Source of the DNA: Candidatus Thorarchaeota archaeon
Lineage (GTDB): Archaea > Asgardarchaeota > Thorarchaeia > Thorarchaeales > Thorarchaeaceae
Reading direction: 5' to 3'
NCBI GenBank assembly: GCA_048882325.1
Contig: JBHLRS010000012.1
Coordinates: 31,704-95,703, forward strand
DNA length: 64,000 bases
The notes under the pieces were generated by a model that saw only the letters and a program-made list of their open reading frames with translations, did not search any database and was not told the origin of the DNA. A program made the position numbers and the translations under genes. Shown one piece after another: positions 17,915 through 28,373 of the stretch. Each line of letters opens with the position of its first letter. Positions within the stretch are counted from its first letter, which is position 1.

Positions 17915-19679
17915 ATTCCTCAAGGAATCTATCTGCTTGTTTTGCACCGAGTTCCCAGAACTTGGGATTCGCAATGTCAAAGCCAAAGTCCAAAAGGTGC
18001 TGGCGAACACTCTTTGTGTTTCCTCCAGCCAGTAACTCTTTGAACCGCTCAACAAAGACTGAACCTTCCTGTTTGTACACCTCATACAGTGCAAATACGA
18101 GGAGCTGAGCAAAGCTGTAACTGAAGTTGTAGTATCTACGATTCGGAAGGAATGTGTGCCCAAAGCGAGCCCACTCATACTCCATGTGATCCTTCCAGTC
18201 GACACTGTCCCCAAAAACTCTCTTCTTCGCAGCGTTCCAGAGTTCACATGCAATATCTGCATCAAGGAACTTACCAGCCATAATTGTATCATATAGACTA
18301 GTCTCAAAGAGTGCCCTCAGACCAACATAGTAGACCACGTAGAAGTAGTCACCCAAGACATAGGAGAGAATCTCTATCTTTTGCTCCTTTGTCTCAGCCA
18401 TCGAGAGAATCTTGTCCGTGAGGAGAAGCTCCCCGAAGATTGATCCCATCTCAGCCAGACAGGATGAGGTGCGAGTGTTCAGTAGACTCTGCTTATGTTG
18501 GGTGAGATGACTTTGCACAGAGTGTCCAAGCTCATGAGCTAGGGTATAGACATTTGACATCGTGTCTGTGTAGGACAGCAGGACAAAGGAACTCTTGGCT
18601 CCAGGATGTTGGGCGCAAAACGCTCCATAAGCTTTGCCAGTACGATTCGCCGCATCAATCCGATGATTGGTGAACATCTCATCTACGACCATACCAATCT
18701 CGGGGTCGAAGACCGCGAAAGAATCAACCACGATCTTACGAGCCTCATCCCAACTGAACTTCCATACTGGCTCAGTAGTGAATGGAGCTATCACATCACA
18801 GCCCTCAAGCCGTTCCACACCCATGAACTTGGCTTTCAAAGAGAGAAAATCTTGAAACTTGTCAGACGTGTTCTCAATCATTGACAGTAGTGAACCGATT
18901 GTTTCCTCATCAACATCCTGATCTAACAGAGCCTGCGTCATCGGAGTGGGTTGACCTCGGAGCTTGGTCATAGCCACATGATCTGCACAGATTGACCGAA
19001 GTGCACTGCCATGAAGGAGCTTGTCTTCAGCGAGGCTCTTGTACAGTTTTTCAGTGGCCATCCTTCGAGTTTCGCGGTCGGGATTCATTCTTAGGGAATC
19101 AAATTGAGGGAAGGGAATTGTCTTCATCTCTCCCTCATGTTCAATTTCAAAGGTCTTCTCTGATACCCAAGAGGTGCGCAGTTGGGAAATCAGCTTGATA
19201 CCATAGAGGTCCTTCTGAATAATGGCCCTTTCCTCAGCCTCTGAGAGTCTGTATGGCGCCTCGTTCTTTCGCCGGTCCAAGAAGTGACGATAGGCAATGA
19301 GGTTCTCATCATCAAGAAGTTCTGGTTTTTCAGATGCAAGTCGACCCAATCTCAAGTAAAGGGATTCCTTTACTTGATACAACTTGGTCTCAGCTTGGCG
19401 GGCCCAGTCGTTCAGCTGAGCAGCTTCCTTGTCCGTAGATTGAGCACTATAACGAAGCCTCCCATATTGTATGGCATCCATGATCTTGACAAACAAACCT
19501 TCATACTCACCCAGCATTTGCTTGAGTTCAGAGGAGGTCATTGATGCTATTTTGCCTAGGTTATTTGCATCAAAACCATCAATCTTCTGTGTGAGATTGT
19601 CAATAAGTTTCTTCACTTCAGGTGCGGCTGCCCCATCTACCAAGGGAGAAAGATTCCATGAGACCTCTGTGTCTGTCAT
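17898..19679 (-). CDS. pepF: Oligoendopeptidase F (peptidase M3B)
   Basis: W.L..L N-terminus, GK..GAF, HELGH zinc motif, AE.GSIFGE, YYNFSYSF. Confidence 0.92.
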   Translation of the reverse strand: MTDTEVSWNLSPLVDGAAAPEVKKLIDNLTQKIDGFDANNLGKIASMTSSELKQMLGEYEGLFVKIMDAIQYGRLRYSAQSTDKEAAQLNDWARQAETKLYQVKESLYLRLGRLASEKPELLDDENLIAYRHFLDRRKNEAPYRLSEAEERAIIQKDLYGIKLISQLRTSWVSEKTFEIEHEGEMKTIPFPQFDSLRMNPDRETRRMATEKLYKSLAEDKLLHGSALRSICADHVAMTKLRGQPTPMTQALLDQDVDEETIGSLLSMIENTSDKFQDFLSLKAKFMGVERLEGCDVIAPFTTEPVWKFSWDEARKIVVDSFAVFDPEIGMVVDEMFTNHRIDAANRTGKAYGAFCAQHPGAKSSFVLLSYTDTMSNVYTLAHELGHSVQSHLTQHKQSLLNTRTSSCLAEMGSIFGELLLTDKILSMAETKEQKIEILSYVLGDYFYVVYYVGLRALFETSLYDTIMAGKFLDADIACELWNAAKKRVFGDSVDWKDHMEYEWARFGHTFLPNRRYYNFSYSFAQLLVFALYEVYKQEGSVFVERFKELLAGGNTKSVRQHLLDFGFDIANPKFWELGAKQADRFLEEFKKLI

Positions 19680-19766
19680 ATTGAAAAGCACATCTTGACC
19701 TACATAAAAGACTAGTCTATGGCAGAGGGGTTGAGTTAAATTGTGAAGTAAAGTCTGAAAGGTGAA

Positions 19767-20423
19767 ATGACAAGAGGACTCGAGGACTTACATATTCATT
19801 CAAAGTATTCTGATGGAGTATCAGAGATAGAAACAATCGTGAAAAGAGCGGCAACTCTCAAACTAAAGACAATAGCAATTGCAGACCACTTCTGGCCATC
19901 GATGGGATCACGGAAAGGGGGAGAAAAACTAATTCAACAAAGACGTCATGAAATACACACTTCTAGGAATGAGTTTCCAGACCTTCAGATTCTTGATGCT
20001 GCGGAAGTTGATATTCAGTCGAATGGAGATTTGACCTCAGTCGCTGGAGGTCTTGATCAGTTCGACCTTGTCATTGGGTCATTTCACTGGTATATGGACT
20101 CAACAAGATGGGCATCCGCCTTGGTGAAGGCACTAAGGAGAAGTGAGTTCCAGATCCTGGGACATTGGGATGGATATCTCTCGACATACAGAGATGAGGA
20201 TGGGAGAATCGCAGCTAAGGCACTTGCTGACTCAGGTGTTGCAATTGAATTGAATGGGCGATACTCAGTTGAACATATGGAGTTCCTTGAGCTGGCAAAC
20301 TCACTGGGATGTGTTTTCTCACTTGGAAGTGATTCCCATGATGTGTCTACTGTGGGAACCCTTTCATTCCAGGAGAACATAGCTACCAGTATGAATCTGA
20401 GCATAATGAAAATCAGGCCATAG
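19767..20423 (+). CDS. PHP-domain phosphoesterase
   Basis: DLHIHSKYSDG, ADH, GSFH, LGH, GSDSH. Confidence 0.9.
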   Translation: MTRGLEDLHIHSKYSDGVSEIETIVKRAATLKLKTIAIADHFWPSMGSRKGGEKLIQQRRHEIHTSRNEFPDLQILDAAEVDIQSNGDLTSVAGGLDQFDLVIGSFHWYMDSTRWASALVKALRRSEFQILGHWDGYLSTYRDEDGRIAAKALADSGVAIELNGRYSVEHMEFLELANSLGCVFSLGSDSHDVSTVGTLSFQENIATSMNLSIMKIRP

Positions 20424-20484
20424 ACAAATCCAGAAGCCTTTTCATTCACTAGTGATAGAACATCATTGTTGGAGGAAACAAATT

Positions 20485-20901
20485 ATGAGTGACAAGCTTG
20501 AATTCCCCTCAGATGAATGGATTGAACTTTACATGGAACTCCTGAACAAGAACGAACGCTATGAAGACGCAGCTAAGACGTGGGAGGGTGACTTCGTTTT
20601 TGAAATCACAGCTGATGGAGATACTGTAAAGGAACCAATCAGGTTCTACATGGACCTCTGGCATGGCAAGTGTAGGGAAGCACGAATGGCAGGACCCGAT
20701 GACACTGCTGAATTCACCTACTCAGGCCCTTACAAGAACTGGCGTGCCTTGTTTGATGGGAAGATTGACCCAATTAAGGGTATCATGGCTCGTAAGTTCA
20801 AACTTGATGGAGACATGGGCAAAGTAATGCGGTATACAAAGGCAGCTCTTGAGCTAGTAGCCACCACAAGACAAGTTCCTACAAAATACCTCGATGAGTA
20901 G
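20485..20901 (+). CDS. SCP2 sterol/lipid carrier domain protein
   Basis: FPS.EW, W..LF.GK.DP....M..K.KL.GDM..VM; start at ATG 20485 after ggagga. Confidence 0.88.
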   Translation: MSDKLEFPSDEWIELYMELLNKNERYEDAAKTWEGDFVFEITADGDTVKEPIRFYMDLWHGKCREARMAGPDDTAEFTYSGPYKNWRALFDGKIDPIKGIMARKFKLDGDMGKVMRYTKAALELVATTRQVPTKYLDE

Positions 20902-20934
20902 AAACTTAAATCGCAGGCTGTGATGTGAGGGACT

Positions 20935-22026
20935 ATGTCTCTGTTACACACTGAGCTCTGTGATATAGTTGGAATCAAACACCCAATACTTCAGGGAGGT
21001 ATGGGTCCGTATAAGACAGAATCATTGGCAATCGCTGTGTCTAATGCTGGTGCACTTGGGATAATCAGCTGCATTGGAATGGCTGCGACAATGATTCCTG
21101 AAGCCGCTCCTATTGATGCTGTGAGACTCTTTGGTTCTGACCCTCCTGCAGTGATTCTTCAGAAATCAATTGAAGCAGTCACAAAACAGACCCGGTCCTC
21201 AGGAGGTGTCTTTGGAGTAAATGTACCAGTGGCTGCAGAGTTCGTTCTTGCTTCAAAGATGTTCGTTGAACAGACTATCGAGGCCTGTAAAGCAGACTCG
21301 GATACTGAACGTTCACTTAGGGTCGTAGTCACATCTGCTGGCAATCCAAAGCCCTGGTCAGTCCTTAAGGATGAGGGATTTGTCTGGGGGCATGTGGTGC
21401 CTAGTCGATATCATGCTCTTAAAGCTGAAACTGCAGGAGCTGATTTCATAGTCGCCTCAGGACATGAAGGGGGAGCTCATGTTGCGTGGGATCCTGTTCA
21501 TTCCATGGTACTAGTGCCGGAGGTCGCTAAGGCAGTGAAGACACCCGTAGTGGGAGCAGGCGGATTCTGTGACGGACAAACTCTAGCTGCCGCTCTGTGC
21601 CTTGGGGCTGTGGGGATACAGATGGGAACTCGGTTCATAGCCACAAGGGAGAGCGATTTCGAGCCCATGTGGAAACAGGCAATCCTAGACAGGGAGGAGC
21701 GCCAGACACTGGTTGGTAGGGGTCTCTTTGGACCAATGAGATTCCTTCGAAACAAGCGGGCTGAAGAGATTGTCACTCAGACGTTAGAGGACCTCCCAAA
21801 CTTCTACCTTGGTGAACCTCTAGATTCGAATGAGAAGATTCTGGAGCTAGAACAGACGGGATTCGATAACCTCCTAGATAAGAAAGAAGACACTGCATTG
21901 ATGTTTGGCGGAGAGGTGGCTGGGAGAATCAGAAACCTCCCCACAGTTGCTGAACTCATAGACAACATAATTTCAAAGGCGTCAGAAGTTCTCGAAGAGG
22001 TCCCAAAATTCATTGTTAAGAAGTAG
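20935..22026 (+). CDS. Nitronate monooxygenase/FabK-like FMN enoyl reductase
   Basis: HPILQGGMG, AVSNAGALG, GHEGGAH, AGGFCDG, GIQMGTRF. Confidence 0.88.
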   Translation: MSLLHTELCDIVGIKHPILQGGMGPYKTESLAIAVSNAGALGIISCIGMAATMIPEAAPIDAVRLFGSDPPAVILQKSIEAVTKQTRSSGGVFGVNVPVAAEFVLASKMFVEQTIEACKADSDTERSLRVVVTSAGNPKPWSVLKDEGFVWGHVVPSRYHALKAETAGADFIVASGHEGGAHVAWDPVHSMVLVPEVAKAVKTPVVGAGGFCDGQTLAAALCLGAVGIQMGTRFIATRESDFEPMWKQAILDREERQTLVGRGLFGPMRFLRNKRAEEIVTQTLEDLPNFYLGEPLDSNEKILELEQTGFDNLLDKKEDTALMFGGEVAGRIRNLPTVAELIDNIISKASEVLEEVPKFIVKK

Positions 22027-22102
22027 ATTCCTCCAGTGATAGGAAATAAAGGGGACCGAGTCCAACAGTTGGTAGTATAATGCTGAACGAGGTGAGTCCT
22101 AC

Positions 22103-23278
22103 ATGGTCTGGTGGTTCTATGTACCGAATATCGTGTTCGGTGATGATGCTCTATCAGAGCTTGAAACAATTAGTGGAAGTAAAGCATTCATTGTGACTGA
22201 CAAGGTGATTAACAGTCTTGGTCTTGCAGAGAGGGTTTGCTCAATTTTGACCGAGAGGCAATGGGAAGCGGCGATTTGGGATGGAGTTGAACCAGACCCG
22301 AAGGTGTCAACAGTCAAAGCCGCTGCTGAGGCAATCAAGAGATTCGGAGCAGATTGGATAATCGCTGTCGGGGGAGGTAGTGTGATGGACACTGCAAAAG
22401 CTGCGTGGGTCTTATACGAGAAACCTGATGTCGAACTGCATGCTCTGACTCCATTCGATGAGTTAGGTCTACGGGCCAAAGCGAAACTAATCTGTATTCC
22501 AACAACAACAGGAACAGGGTCAGAGGCGACCAAAGCGATTGTAATCAGAGAAGATGAAACTGGAAGAAAGTTTGCTACTATAAATCCAGAATTGACTCCA
22601 GACATCGCAATTCTTGATCCTGAGTTTGTTGTAGGACTACCAAAAGAACTCACAGCATATACCGGAATGGATGCGTTAACCCATGCTGTTGAAAGCTATG
22701 TGTCTGTTTGGAAGAATGACTTCTCTGATGGATGTTCGCTGCAGGCAGTCAAGATGGTCTTTGACTGGCTCCCAAAATCAGTTGAAGACTTAACTGATCT
22801 AGAAGCTAGGGAGAAAATGCTCATTGCTGCATGCCTCGCAGGGATGTCATTCGGTAACTCTCAGGCAGCTCTTGCGCATTCACTCGGTCATAGTACGGGC
22901 TCTGTCCTGAGGACTCATCACGGCATGTCAGTAGGAATGGCTCTACCATATACTGTGGAATTCAACTGCTTGGACAACGAGGATGCGGCTAGACAATACT
23001 CAGAACTAGCGGCACTTTTGGGAATCTCTGGCAAGGATGACAAGGACACATCTATGAAATTCGCAGAAGCAATTCGGGAACTGATGATCAAGATTGGGTG
23101 TCCCACGAGTTTCAAGGAAGCAAAGATCAAGAAGAAGGACTTCACCGCAGCACTAGAGAAAATGGTGGAGTTTGCAATGATGGACACAAGCTTGACTATG
23201 AATCCAAGAAACACCGATAGTGATGAAATTAGAAAGTTGTACAAGTACATGTTTGATGGGAAAACTATAGACTTCTAG
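22103..23278 (+). CDS. Iron-containing alcohol dehydrogenase
   Basis: GGGSVMD, PTTTGTGSE, DALTHAVE, AHSLGH, HHG. Confidence 0.93.
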   Translation: MVWWFYVPNIVFGDDALSELETISGSKAFIVTDKVINSLGLAERVCSILTERQWEAAIWDGVEPDPKVSTVKAAAEAIKRFGADWIIAVGGGSVMDTAKAAWVLYEKPDVELHALTPFDELGLRAKAKLICIPTTTGTGSEATKAIVIREDETGRKFATINPELTPDIAILDPEFVVGLPKELTAYTGMDALTHAVESYVSVWKNDFSDGCSLQAVKMVFDWLPKSVEDLTDLEAREKMLIAACLAGMSFGNSQAALAHSLGHSTGSVLRTHHGMSVGMALPYTVEFNCLDNEDAARQYSELAALLGISGKDDKDTSMKFAEAIRELMIKIGCPTSFKEAKIKKKDFTAALEKMVEFAMMDTSLTMNPRNTDSDEIRKLYKYMFDGKTIDF

Positions 23279-23291
23279 GGGGCTAGTTAGG

Positions 23292-25112
23292 ATGAATGGC
23301 TATCGTGGGAAGATTCTCCGAGTGGATTTGAGTAAAGGTTCAACGTCTGTTACATCACTAGATGAACATCTGCTACGAGCATTCATCGGGGGAGCTGGAT
23401 TAGGAGTCCGTCTCCTCTATGACATGATTGACCATGATACCAATCCACTCGGACCTGAGAACCCGCTTTTGTATCTCACAGGTCCACTCTGTGGAACAAT
23501 GGCTCCAACAGGTAGCAAGTCAACATTCTGCTCGAGGGCCCCCAAGACTGGTCTTCTTGGATACAGTACTGTGGGAGGTCATTTGGGAGCTGACTTGAAG
23601 TTTGCAGGTTTTGACGGGATTATCATCACTGGAGCTGCAGAAGAACCATCATATCTTCTAGTGGAGGACTCAGATGTTGAGATCAGAGATGCACGACATC
23701 TGTGGGGGAAGAATACAGAACAAGTATGGGAGGAGTTGAAGACTGAGACCGGTCACAGGAACGCAGGGATTGCTAGAATCGGTATCGCTGGAGAGAATCT
23801 TGTCAAGTATGCCAGTATTATTGTGGATCATTATAGGGCCGCTGGACGGACAGGACAAGGCGCAGTCATGGGCTCTAAAAAATTGAAAGCCATAGTAATC
23901 CATGGTACAGAACGCAAAGTTCCAGTTGCAGATGAGAAAGGCATGCAGGAGTATGCTTCTGAACTAAATGAAGACAAGAAGGAAGACCCGACCTTTCGCA
24001 TGTACTCAGACCTTGGCACAGCAGGATTCACAGACATGGCTAGTATGATGTGGGGGTCACTCCCTGCTGGGTATTACACGGTTCCTGATTTTGATACATA
24101 CAATCTGAGTGGTACAAGTGTGAGAGAGACCATCTTGACTGGCAAATCAGCCTGTTATAGATGCCCGATTGGATGCGGACGAGTTATTGAGATTCCCGAG
24201 GGCAAGTACAAGATGGAAAAGTATGCAGGACCTGAGCTTGAAGTGACAGGAACCATGGGATCTCTACTCCTGAACAACAATGTTGAGGCAGTGGCCTATG
24301 CAAACAGAATACTCAACCAACTTGGGATAGACACAATATCTGGAGGGAATACAATTGCATTCGCATACTATCTCTTTAAGGAAGGAAAAATATCTGCTGA
24401 GGACTTGGATGGGATAACACCAGAGTGGGGCGAGATTGATTCAGCGGTGGCTCTGGCGGAGAAGATAGCTAGACGTGAAGGAATCGGAGATGTGATGGCT
24501 GAAGGCTCGGTTGAATTTGGGGAGAAGTTTGGTGTGTCTGAACTTGCAGTCCATGTGAACAGTCTTGAGTTTCCGATGCATGATCCGCGAGGATTTTCAG
24601 GACATGCCATTGGATACGCAACATCACCACGCGGTGCCTGTCATATGAGTGCAGACATGTACAATGTGCAGATGGGACAACCTAATGAGGCATTCCGGAT
24701 TGAGAGCGAAGACAGATTCGCAAATGAAGCAGATTTAGTTGCTAGACTCCAAGATTTTCGAGCCCTGACTAACTCCTCTGTATTGTGTAATTTCTATCCG
24801 GTTGATGGAGACCAACTCTTGAAGCTCCTTCAACTTGCAACGGGGTGGGACATCGACATTGAAGAGCTAGTGCAGACTGGTGAGAGGATTTTCACTATGA
24901 TGCGTTTACTCAATCTCAAGCTTGGTTATGATTCAAAGAAAGAAGGACTCCCAGAACTAATTCTGAAACCTCTTGAGGGAGCCACCGAGGGTCATGTTCC
25001 GGACATAGAGGCTCAGCTCAATACGTGGTACGAGTATCGAAACTGGGATAGGAACTCAGGCAAGCCCTCTAAGGAAAAAATAGAGAAGCTAGGTCTTGAA
25101 GACCTCACCTGA
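23292..25112 (+). CDS. aor: Tungsten aldehyde:ferredoxin oxidoreductase family
   Basis: GKILRVDLS, GR.G.GAVMGSKKLKA, C..CPIGC, PE.E, D.IS, HDPR, RGACH, S..LC. Confidence 0.93.
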   Translation: MNGYRGKILRVDLSKGSTSVTSLDEHLLRAFIGGAGLGVRLLYDMIDHDTNPLGPENPLLYLTGPLCGTMAPTGSKSTFCSRAPKTGLLGYSTVGGHLGADLKFAGFDGIIITGAAEEPSYLLVEDSDVEIRDARHLWGKNTEQVWEELKTETGHRNAGIARIGIAGENLVKYASIIVDHYRAAGRTGQGAVMGSKKLKAIVIHGTERKVPVADEKGMQEYASELNEDKKEDPTFRMYSDLGTAGFTDMASMMWGSLPAGYYTVPDFDTYNLSGTSVRETILTGKSACYRCPIGCGRVIEIPEGKYKMEKYAGPELEVTGTMGSLLLNNNVEAVAYANRILNQLGIDTISGGNTIAFAYYLFKEGKISAEDLDGITPEWGEIDSAVALAEKIARREGIGDVMAEGSVEFGEKFGVSELAVHVNSLEFPMHDPRGFSGHAIGYATSPRGACHMSADMYNVQMGQPNEAFRIESEDRFANEADLVARLQDFRALTNSSVLCNFYPVDGDQLLKLLQLATGWDIDIEELVQTGERIFTMMRLLNLKLGYDSKKEGLPELILKPLEGATEGHVPDIEAQLNTWYEYRNWDRNSGKPSKEKIEKLGLEDLT

Positions 25113-26607
25113 GGACCAGTTTCTTGAGGTTTGAAAGGTCTTCTACAATTGCTTTCAGAACGTTATAGAGTATCTCTACATCTATAATTCGGAGTTTCTC
25201 ATCAGGTGTATGAGGGTTCTCCATATTCGGGCCTATCGACACCATCTGGATTCCTGGAATCTTGGATCCAATAATTCCGCACTCTAAACCAGCATGGATG
25301 GCTTCGATCTTGACATCTCTCCCAGTAATCGTTTCGAAGTGTTTTCGCACAAACGAGAGAAATGGACTCTTTGGCTCAGGATTCCAACCGGGGTAAACCC
25401 CTTTCAGTGTCACTTCCCAACCACTCAGTTCCGCAAGATCTGCAATACCACGTCTAAAGGCATCTAGTTCAGAATCAATGCTACTTCTTGTGGAAAGGAG
25501 AACTGATATTTCAGGACCATCGGTCTTGACCACTGCAACATTGTTTGAGGTCTCGACTAAGCCCTCTACGTTTGGAGAGAATCGGATAGGACCATGAGGG
25601 ATGTTGTTTATCGATTGAATTATCTTCTTTGACTCTTCCAGCGAGAATGCGGGCTCTGCAGACGATTTCTCCCAGCTGATTTGAAGGTCTGGTTCAAGCT
25701 CTTTGTAGTATTCAGTTATGTCTGCTCGATTAGCTTCAAGAAGCTCTTCAGTCTCTGCTGCCTTACCTGTTTCCACTGCGAATTTTGCAGTGGCCTCTCT
25801 AGTTATTGCATTGCGTTTACTTCCACCATTCCAATTAAGAAGATGGACATTCATTTCAGCCACAATGGATGAGAGAATTCTTGCTACAATCTTGTTGGCA
25901 TTTGCTCGATGTTTGTCAATATCAACACCGGAATGTCCACCGAGGAGGCCTGAAACGATAAGGTCATAGAAAATTGCATCCCCAGTGATTTCTTTGAGTT
26001 GGAGCTTCTTCACCAGGTCCGAATCGCCGCCCCCTGCAGATCCAATCGTGATGATGCCCAGACTCTCTGAATCGATATTCACCATGAGTTTGCTTTCTAT
26101 ACCGATCTTTTCAGGTTCAAGTGCAAATGCGCCTACAAGACCTGTTTCCTCATCCACGGTGATGAGCAGCTCAAGTGGTCCATGCTTCACCTCAGGATCT
26201 AGCATCAGCGCTAGACCAAGAGATGAACCGATCCCATTGTCAGCTCCGAGGGTCGTACCATCCGCATCTACCCATTCTCCATTGTCTTGGATTCGAATGG
26301 GTATTGGATTGTTGTCGAAGTCAAATCCATCAGGTCTGTCTGTTTCGCAGACCATGTCCATATGACCTTGGAGAAGGAGAGGTTGAGTCGACTCCATCCC
26401 CTTGGTAGGACCCTTCTTGAGGAGTAGGTTTCCAGCTTCGTCCTCAATGATACTGATATCAATGCCTAATGATTTTGCACGTTCGGGAATCCATCTCTTC
26501 AGTTTCGCACGAATTTTGTCTTCCTTCTTTGACTCCCGGGGCGTCTTTGTGAAGACGTCTTCAAATATCTCCCAGACAAGTTTTGGCTCCAAGCTCTCAA
26601 AGACCAT
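25105..26607 (-). CDS. pepD: Aminoacyl-histidine dipeptidase (peptidase M20C)
   Basis: QGHMDMV, TTLGADNGIG, DEETG, GGHSG, HAGLECG, HTPDE; start ATG 26607 after ggaggt. Confidence 0.93.
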   Translation of the reverse strand: MVFESLEPKLVWEIFEDVFTKTPRESKKEDKIRAKLKRWIPERAKSLGIDISIIEDEAGNLLLKKGPTKGMESTQPLLLQGHMDMVCETDRPDGFDFDNNPIPIRIQDNGEWVDADGTTLGADNGIGSSLGLALMLDPEVKHGPLELLITVDEETGLVGAFALEPEKIGIESKLMVNIDSESLGIITIGSAGGGDSDLVKKLQLKEITGDAIFYDLIVSGLLGGHSGVDIDKHRANANKIVARILSSIVAEMNVHLLNWNGGSKRNAITREATAKFAVETGKAAETEELLEANRADITEYYKELEPDLQISWEKSSAEPAFSLEESKKIIQSINNIPHGPIRFSPNVEGLVETSNNVAVVKTDGPEISVLLSTRSSIDSELDAFRRGIADLAELSGWEVTLKGVYPGWNPEPKSPFLSFVRKHFETITGRDVKIEAIHAGLECGIIGSKIPGIQMVSIGPNMENPHTPDEKLRIIDVEILYNVLKAIVEDLSNLKKLVLR

Positions 26608-26728
26608 TAGAGAACCTCCGCGATGATTGTTGATTTCAACCACCACTATAAGGTTTTGTCTTTGAACAAACAGACTTTTCTCTCGCCAAAGACATATGGG
26701 ACACCTCCTGTCAGGAAGGATAAAGTAG

Positions 26729-27601
26729 ATGCTATTTGATCCAGGACTCACTGATGTTCTCAGAGACGCATTACCAGGCTTGGGAGACCTATTCTTCTGG
26801 ATTTCCCAAATCGGTGGTACGTTATTCTATGTCATTGCATTACTAGTCGCTTATTGGGCATACAACAAGAGGGAAGCCATCATTCTAACCTATGTACTCG
26901 TCGTTTCCATCATCTCAGAATACTACCTGAAAGTGATTATTGCTAATGATAGACCACCAGCGAGCAACTGGTATCCTGGAGTGGATCCTCCCAATTTCAG
27001 TACACCAAGTGGACATGCTCAGAACTCAGCGACTCTTTATGGATGGCTAACTGTGCGAATCAAGACTTGGTGGATGTCATTGCTAGCTGTCATACTAGTT
27101 GTACTGATAGGGATTTCAAGGATTTACTTGGGAGTTCATTATCTCGGAGATGTTCTCCTTGGATGGGGCATTGGTATTGTGATTGTGCTTCTGTTTGCTT
27201 ACTTAGAAAAACCAGTCAGGAACTACTTATCGAAATACCAGACAGAGCATCTGTTGCTAATCTTACTGATCATCGGATTCTTGGTGACTCTGATTGCAGC
27301 AGTACTTCCGCAACCACCCAACGACAACCTCGGAGCTTATGGAGGTTTGACAATGGGACTTGCGATAGGTCTCATTCTTGAGATGAAGTTTGTGAACTTC
27401 ACAACTCAACCATACAATGGGGAGAAGTGGCGCCTCGCTGCACGGATTGTAATCGGATTAGTACTCGTTATCTGTGTAATGTACGGTCTCTCACCTATTC
27501 TTCCTAGTGAGCAGATTTGGCTTCGAGCAGTAAGGTATTGCCTTGTAGCGGTCACTGGGATATTCGTTTGGCCTGCTATATTCAAGAGAGCAAACTTGTA
27601 A
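26729..27601 (+). CDS. PAP2-family membrane phosphatase
   Basis: K......RP, PSGH, SRIYLGVHY..D. Confidence 0.92.
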   Translation: MLFDPGLTDVLRDALPGLGDLFFWISQIGGTLFYVIALLVAYWAYNKREAIILTYVLVVSIISEYYLKVIIANDRPPASNWYPGVDPPNFSTPSGHAQNSATLYGWLTVRIKTWWMSLLAVILVVLIGISRIYLGVHYLGDVLLGWGIGIVIVLLFAYLEKPVRNYLSKYQTEHLLLILLIIGFLVTLIAAVLPQPPNDNLGAYGGLTMGLAIGLILEMKFVNFTTQPYNGEKWRLAARIVIGLVLVICVMYGLSPILPSEQIWLRAVRYCLVAVTGIFVWPAIFKRANL

Positions 27602-27647
27602 TCTCGGCAGATTCAATAATGGGCATCACAGTCAAGTCAGGTGAAGA

Positions 27648-28370
27648 ATGATGACGAAGGGGAAAAGTGCACCTCTGCTATCACCACATTATCCGAGACC
27701 GCCATATCACTACACAGATTCAAGATTGTTTTTGGCGATGTTCAATCCTCCTGAGGATGCAATCCAGGACTTGCTTCCAGCTCCACTACGACCATCACAG
27801 ATGCCACTGGCAGCCTTGATGTTTGGAGAAATGCCATGCAGGGAAACTGGTACCTTTATGGAGTCTGCGTTGTTGGTACAGTGCATCTTTGACAACCCAG
27901 AGACAAAGGAGGAGGAAGTCGGAGTTTACTTCGCTTACAACTATGCAGATACAGATGTCGCTCTGACATCAGGTCGTGAGATATGGGGGTATCCTCGTAA
28001 ACTAGCGGACATCTCACTAGACTGGAAGAAAGACACGATTACTGGGAAGGTTAAGCGAGGTGGAACTACGATTTACAAAGCCACTTGCAAGATGGAGGAC
28101 GAAGGAGCTTGGATTGATAGCGGACCCAACATCAACGTTAAAGTGATACCGAGTCCATCAGACGAGGGGTATGACGTGGCAGTTTTGACTGCTGCATATC
28201 TTGAATATACAACAAGGAACGGACGTTCAGGCGAGGTAGAGATTGAAATCAACGGTGGACCTGATGATGACTTCAGTCTTGTCAAAATAGAAACACCGAT
28301 GATAGGGCAATACTTTGACTGTGACATATTGCTCCCAACCGCAAAGGTGGTAGCGAAGTTGAAGCTGTGA
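27648..28370 (+). CDS. Acetoacetate decarboxylase-like superfamily protein
   Basis: YPRPPY, LLP.PL, GREIWGYPRKLA, N.K.IPS. Confidence 0.85.
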   Translation: MMTKGKSAPLLSPHYPRPPYHYTDSRLFLAMFNPPEDAIQDLLPAPLRPSQMPLAALMFGEMPCRETGTFMESALLVQCIFDNPETKEEEVGVYFAYNYADTDVALTSGREIWGYPRKLADISLDWKKDTITGKVKRGGTTIYKATCKMEDEGAWIDSGPNINVKVIPSPSDEGYDVAVLTAAYLEYTTRNGRSGEVEIEINGGPDDDFSLVKIETPMIGQYFDCDILLPTAKVVAKLKL

Positions 28371-28373
28371 GTC

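Noticed and set aside
26608-26751. Long N-terminal extensions in the ORF track (pepD; also fhs 38468-38530, OYE 41156-41221, hydrolase 55827-55883, ABC ATPase 30854-30898)
   Set aside because: They run into promoters or neighbouring genes. Downstream starts coincide with the family N-termini, some with SD-like sites.
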